Shown: positions 63,001-64,000 of the stretch, piece by piece
Layout of the letters: each line of letters opens with the position of its first letter
How positions within the stretch are numbered: position 1 is the stretch's first letter
Source of the DNA: Chlorokybus atmophyticus
Taxonomy: Eukaryota; Plantae; Mesostigma and Chlorokybus algae
Reading direction: 5' to 3'
Assembly: GCA_009103225.1 (NCBI GenBank)
Contig: RHPI01000638.1
Location: 806,001 to 870,000 of the forward strand
Length of the DNA: 64,000 nt
The notes under the pieces: generated by a model
What the model saw: the letters and a program-made list of their open reading frames with translations, nothing else
Told to the model about the DNA's origin: nothing
The model's database searches: none
Made by a program: the position numbers and the translations under genes

Positions 63001-63117
63001 ATGTGGATGCAGTCTGTGTGGGAAGATGAGCGGCGCTTGAAAATAACAGCAGTTGCCAAACAGGACGAACTCTACTCGTATCGCCGAGAACTCCTGGATG
63101 ATGCTGTTCTGGAGTAA
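60021..63117 (+). pseudogene. SAM-domain protein, copy 2, with extra coiled-coil exons; apparently frameshifted
   Basis: The SAM exons are intact (RPVEQWAVDDVVDFLGKLEL|IRENAVNGMDLQTLSNEKLQTELGM). Frame changes occur near 61350, 62212 and 62280, and the last acceptor reads CAC instead of CAG. It ends in TAA. Confidence 0.65.
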
Positions 63118-64000
63118 CCATCAGCACCTTTTAGACATGCGCCTTTTTCCACCTGTCAGAACTGCACATGAAGAGTTTGTAGCAAGCACGTACAGCGAGG
63201 CCAAGTGACGCACGTAGTCAGATGGCGTGTAAGTGTTTGTGGTTGAGTGCAAAGCGCTCTTATCAAGCATCTGTTTGATTGTAGCAGTTGAGCGTAATGA
63301 GTTGTCAAGTTGCAGCGAGGAAACAAGGATGTTACAGCATATGCAAGCGCACGTTAAAGTGGCAGGCTGTTACACTATGTATAACTATTGAAGTGATTCC
63401 CGCTACACCCCCATTGGTGGTCACACCACATGAGACTGACCATGACATGTACTTCGTGTCCATGCGCATTGTAAGTGATGTGCGAGGGCTGTTGACTCAC
63501 CGTGACAGCTACAACTATTGATTGGCAGATGGCGGGTCAACAACTGCCAAGTGAAGCCTGACTAAGTGCTGGTGCTGCCCCTGTCGTATTTGGCAACAGC
63601 AGCTGGTGTCTTTGGGGCGCTAGAATCTTTGGCCCTGAGTGCCGGCGCCGGTGTGCCTGCGCGCAGGTGCGTGGTGGCTTGGCGGTTGGCTTATTTTGTA
63701 TATGCAGGCAGCCAGCACAGCAAGCAAACACAGACGGGCAGGGGTTGAGGAATAAAGAAGGCAATTTGCACAGCTATACAACTCCAGGCCGCTACAGACA
63801 ATGCAAGTGGTGCATCATAAGCTTCACAGTCACGAGCCTGCTAAAGGTTATGAAGTTCACGGTACTGGTGCCTGCCAGTATTACTCAGTACTATCAGCGG
63901 CTAGTAGTAGCGCAAAACAGTTAGAGTTTTGGGATCAATCAGCCTGCGCTGTCCGCCGCCAAGTAAAAAGTTCTCTCGCGTCCAGCCCGGTGGGCATGGC

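Noticed and set aside
63288-64000. Gene at the right window edge
   Set aside because: Short frames on both strands with no recognisable domain or consistent splice model within the window.

Overview
Intron-rich eukaryotic nuclear DNA in the standard genetic code. It looks like a green alga; that is inferred from the intron style and transposon families, not proven. The window is a mosaic of host genes, local segmental duplications and decayed retroelements. Host genes: the 3' end of an unknown gene; a 9-exon secreted protein with an Ole e 1/SdrD-B-like N-terminal domain (two paralogs); a PTC7-type PP2C phosphatase (one intact copy, one pseudogene); an F-box-like gene (one intact copy, one pseudogene); a DsPTP1-like dual-specificity phosphatase; and two SAM-domain paralogs. 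Mobile elements: a truncated Ty1/copia; a ~7.2 kb tyrosine-recombinase retrotransposon with split direct repeats, an inverted recombinase ORF and a methyltransferase-like domain; and two ~495 bp TRIMs with 79 bp hairpin-containing LTRs and 5 bp target-site duplications. The most striking feature is a ~9.7 kb Ty3/gypsy element that carries a C5 cytosine DNA methyltransferase between protease and RT and a PHD finger after integrase. All large elements are decayed by stops and frameshifts. A poly-G run next to an N, and a near-identical 1.35 kb duplication ending at an N, may be assembly artefacts. All calls come from manual reading and translation; no database searches were run.
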